Positions 62,551 to 64,000 of a DNA stretch of 64,000 nucleotides are shown piece by piece (the stretch's first letter is position 1; each line of letters begins with the position of its first letter). The notes beneath the pieces were generated by a model. The model was not told the DNA's origin. It searched no databases and saw only the letters and a list, made by a program, of their open reading frames with translations. Both the position numbers and the translations under genes were made by a program. This stretch comes from Bacteroidales bacterium (GTDB lineage Bacteria > Bacteroidota > Bacteroidia > Bacteroidales > UBA1402), in assembly GCA_017380635.1 (NCBI GenBank), contig JAFODP010000015.1, positions 6,155 through 70,154 of the forward strand, written 5' to 3'.

Positions 62551-63924
62551 TTACTTGCTTGAGCCAAATTTTTCTTGGATAATTTGCAGGATGTTCTTTC
62601 TGAGTTCGACAGCCTTCTTCAAATCGGCATTACCGGCCAGTTTCAGGAAGAATCTGCGCGAACGATTGTACATTTTTATGATGAAAATGCGCGAACGGGC
62701 ATAGAGCAACAAACTCGGATAAGAAATCACCAAAAAGGCGGCCGCTATCCACAACTTGCTGAAAATGGCCCAAATAAGAATAAATAGTATCAAATACCAG
62801 ATGGGCAGAATGGCAATACTGATGCCCAACTGAATGGATGCGTGCAACATTTTGTCCTTAATCAAGTGCGTGTTGATGAGTTTGGCCAAGCCCAAAGGCA
62901 ACACATTCACGATGGCACCAAATATCCAAAAAGGCAGCAGCAATATAGAAACGGGCAGGCGCAACCACCATTCGCCAAGCACGCGTTTGCGCAGAATCCA
63001 GTCGCGAAGGTTCAGTTTTTTGAGCAATTGGCTGTATTCGGCTGTCAGTGACATGAGCTTTTCGAAAGTGTCGGGCTCGGATTCCTTCAATTGGTCGATG
63101 GCGGCCACGGTGGCTTTGTCGGCGGTGAGTTCGTTGGGGAAATAACTCTTGCGCAACTTCATGATTTTCATCTGACGGTCGCGGTTGACGCTGCAAAGCA
63201 TTTCGTATTGTTCGTAATGTTCGCGGTCGCTGATGTCGAGCATCAGTTCCTTCACTTTGTCGTGCGCTCTTTGGTTCAGTTGGGCGATGGCCTTGTTGGG
63301 ATCTTCCTTGTAAAGCTCGTACAAATCGGTGAAATCGAAGGGCTCTCCCACGATGATACACAATTTGGATTGCGCCGAGAAATAATTCGAATAATGATGC
63401 GCCATGGGCACGATACGCAAAGGCTTTTCGAAATGATTGTCTTCCGCTACTTTGAACGCAATGCGGGCAAAGCCTTTCTTGAACGAAGCTAGATAATGTC
63501 CTTTCTGATGCGAAGCTTCCGGAAACAAAGCTACCACATCGCCTTCTTCGATGATGCGTGCTGATTGTTCGAAAATAGCGTCGTTCTGTCCCAAACCGCC
63601 ATATCCGGCGTCGCGAACACGGAAAGCAGGCATGATGCGAAGTGTGCGCAAAATTTTGGCCAAAGCATCTTTCTTGAAAATATCGCCGCGGGCAATGAAC
63701 ACCGGACGTCGTTTGCCGGTAATGGCATGCAGCACGCCCAAAGCATCGTTCAATCCGTTCTGGTGATTGCAGATAACCAAATATCCTTCCTTGCCTTTGG
63801 GCAGATTTTCTGCGTTGACGACGTTGTATTTGCGATAATAAATATGATTGTGTACAAAACCTACGTAAGGATAAAGCAGACTATAAATCCAGTTAGGCTT
63901 GTTTACTTCGTCGAAACTGATCAT
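62551..63924 (-). CDS. Lysophospholipid/glycerol-phosphate acyltransferase-family protein with a C-terminal membrane domain
   Basis: The HX4D motif NHQNGLNDAL is present, with FPEASH and C-terminal TM helices. Confidence 0.75.
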   Translation of the reverse strand: MISFDEVNKPNWIYSLLYPYVGFVHNHIYYRKYNVVNAENLPKGKEGYLVICNHQNGLNDALGVLHAITGKRRPVFIARGDIFKKDALAKILRTLRIMPAFRVRDAGYGGLGQNDAIFEQSARIIEEGDVVALFPEASHQKGHYLASFKKGFARIAFKVAEDNHFEKPLRIVPMAHHYSNYFSAQSKLCIIVGEPFDFTDLYELYKEDPNKAIAQLNQRAHDKVKELMLDISDREHYEQYEMLCSVNRDRQMKIMKLRKSYFPNELTADKATVAAIDQLKESEPDTFEKLMSLTAEYSQLLKKLNLRDWILRKRVLGEWWLRLPVSILLLPFWIFGAIVNVLPLGLAKLINTHLIKDKMLHASIQLGISIAILPIWYLILFILIWAIFSKLWIAAAFLVISYPSLLLYARSRIFIIKMYNRSRRFFLKLAGNADLKKAVELRKNILQIIQEKFGSSK

Positions 63925-63964
63925 AACTTCTTTGTATAAAAAACTTAAAGGCTGATAAAAATAC

Positions 63965-63996
63965 TTAACCGGTGCAAATATAATTCACACCGGTTA
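63965..63996 (-). terminator. Probable intrinsic terminator for a minus-strand gene beyond the right edge
   Basis: 10-bp stem TTAACCGGTG / CACCGGTTAA. On the minus strand it is followed by AAGTATTTTTATC. Confidence 0.4.
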
Positions 63997-64000
63997 ATTA

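Overview
The window looks like a Bacteroidota chromosome, probably a Prevotella-like member of the Bacteroidales. Evidence: TAnnTTTG -7 promoter boxes, no Shine-Dalgarno sites, T9SS C-terminal sorting domains, and FISUMP, PEGA and DUF-type envelope proteins. The left edge (1 to about 2700) is the visibly AT-rich end of an integrative element carrying an xis-like HTH gene, a membrane cargo gene and a tyrosine integrase. After that the window is mostly housekeeping genes: pduO-type adenosyltransferase, apbE, a GT2 envelope operon, a probable SRP RNA plus tRNA-Thr, dnaJ-grpE, uvrA, nifJ, rsmG, lipB, ung, asnA, tRNA-Arg, pgi, gpsA, lysS, hisS and purA. Several accessory modules are interspersed: (i) an acid-sugar-like cluster (racemase-fold protein, MFS, DUF1537 kinase, BKACE enzyme); (ii) a giant acidic lipoprotein paired with a beta-barrel OMP; (iii) a glycan-related region with two T9SS cargo genes, one of them frameshifted, and a tightly packed 7-gene plus-strand operon (glucuronokinase-like GHMP kinase, GalU, GH43, CE12 esterase, a 970-aa gluzincin/propeller protein, a PEGA-barrel protein, and a tri-modular FISUMP lipoprotein interrupted at a G7 tract). 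Unexplained repeats flank the SRP/tRNA-Thr locus, and a 23-bp tandem repeat sits in a divergent promoter. I found no cas genes, no recognisable defence system and no SusC/SusD pair. All family assignments come from reading the translated ORFs against remembered motifs. No database search was run.
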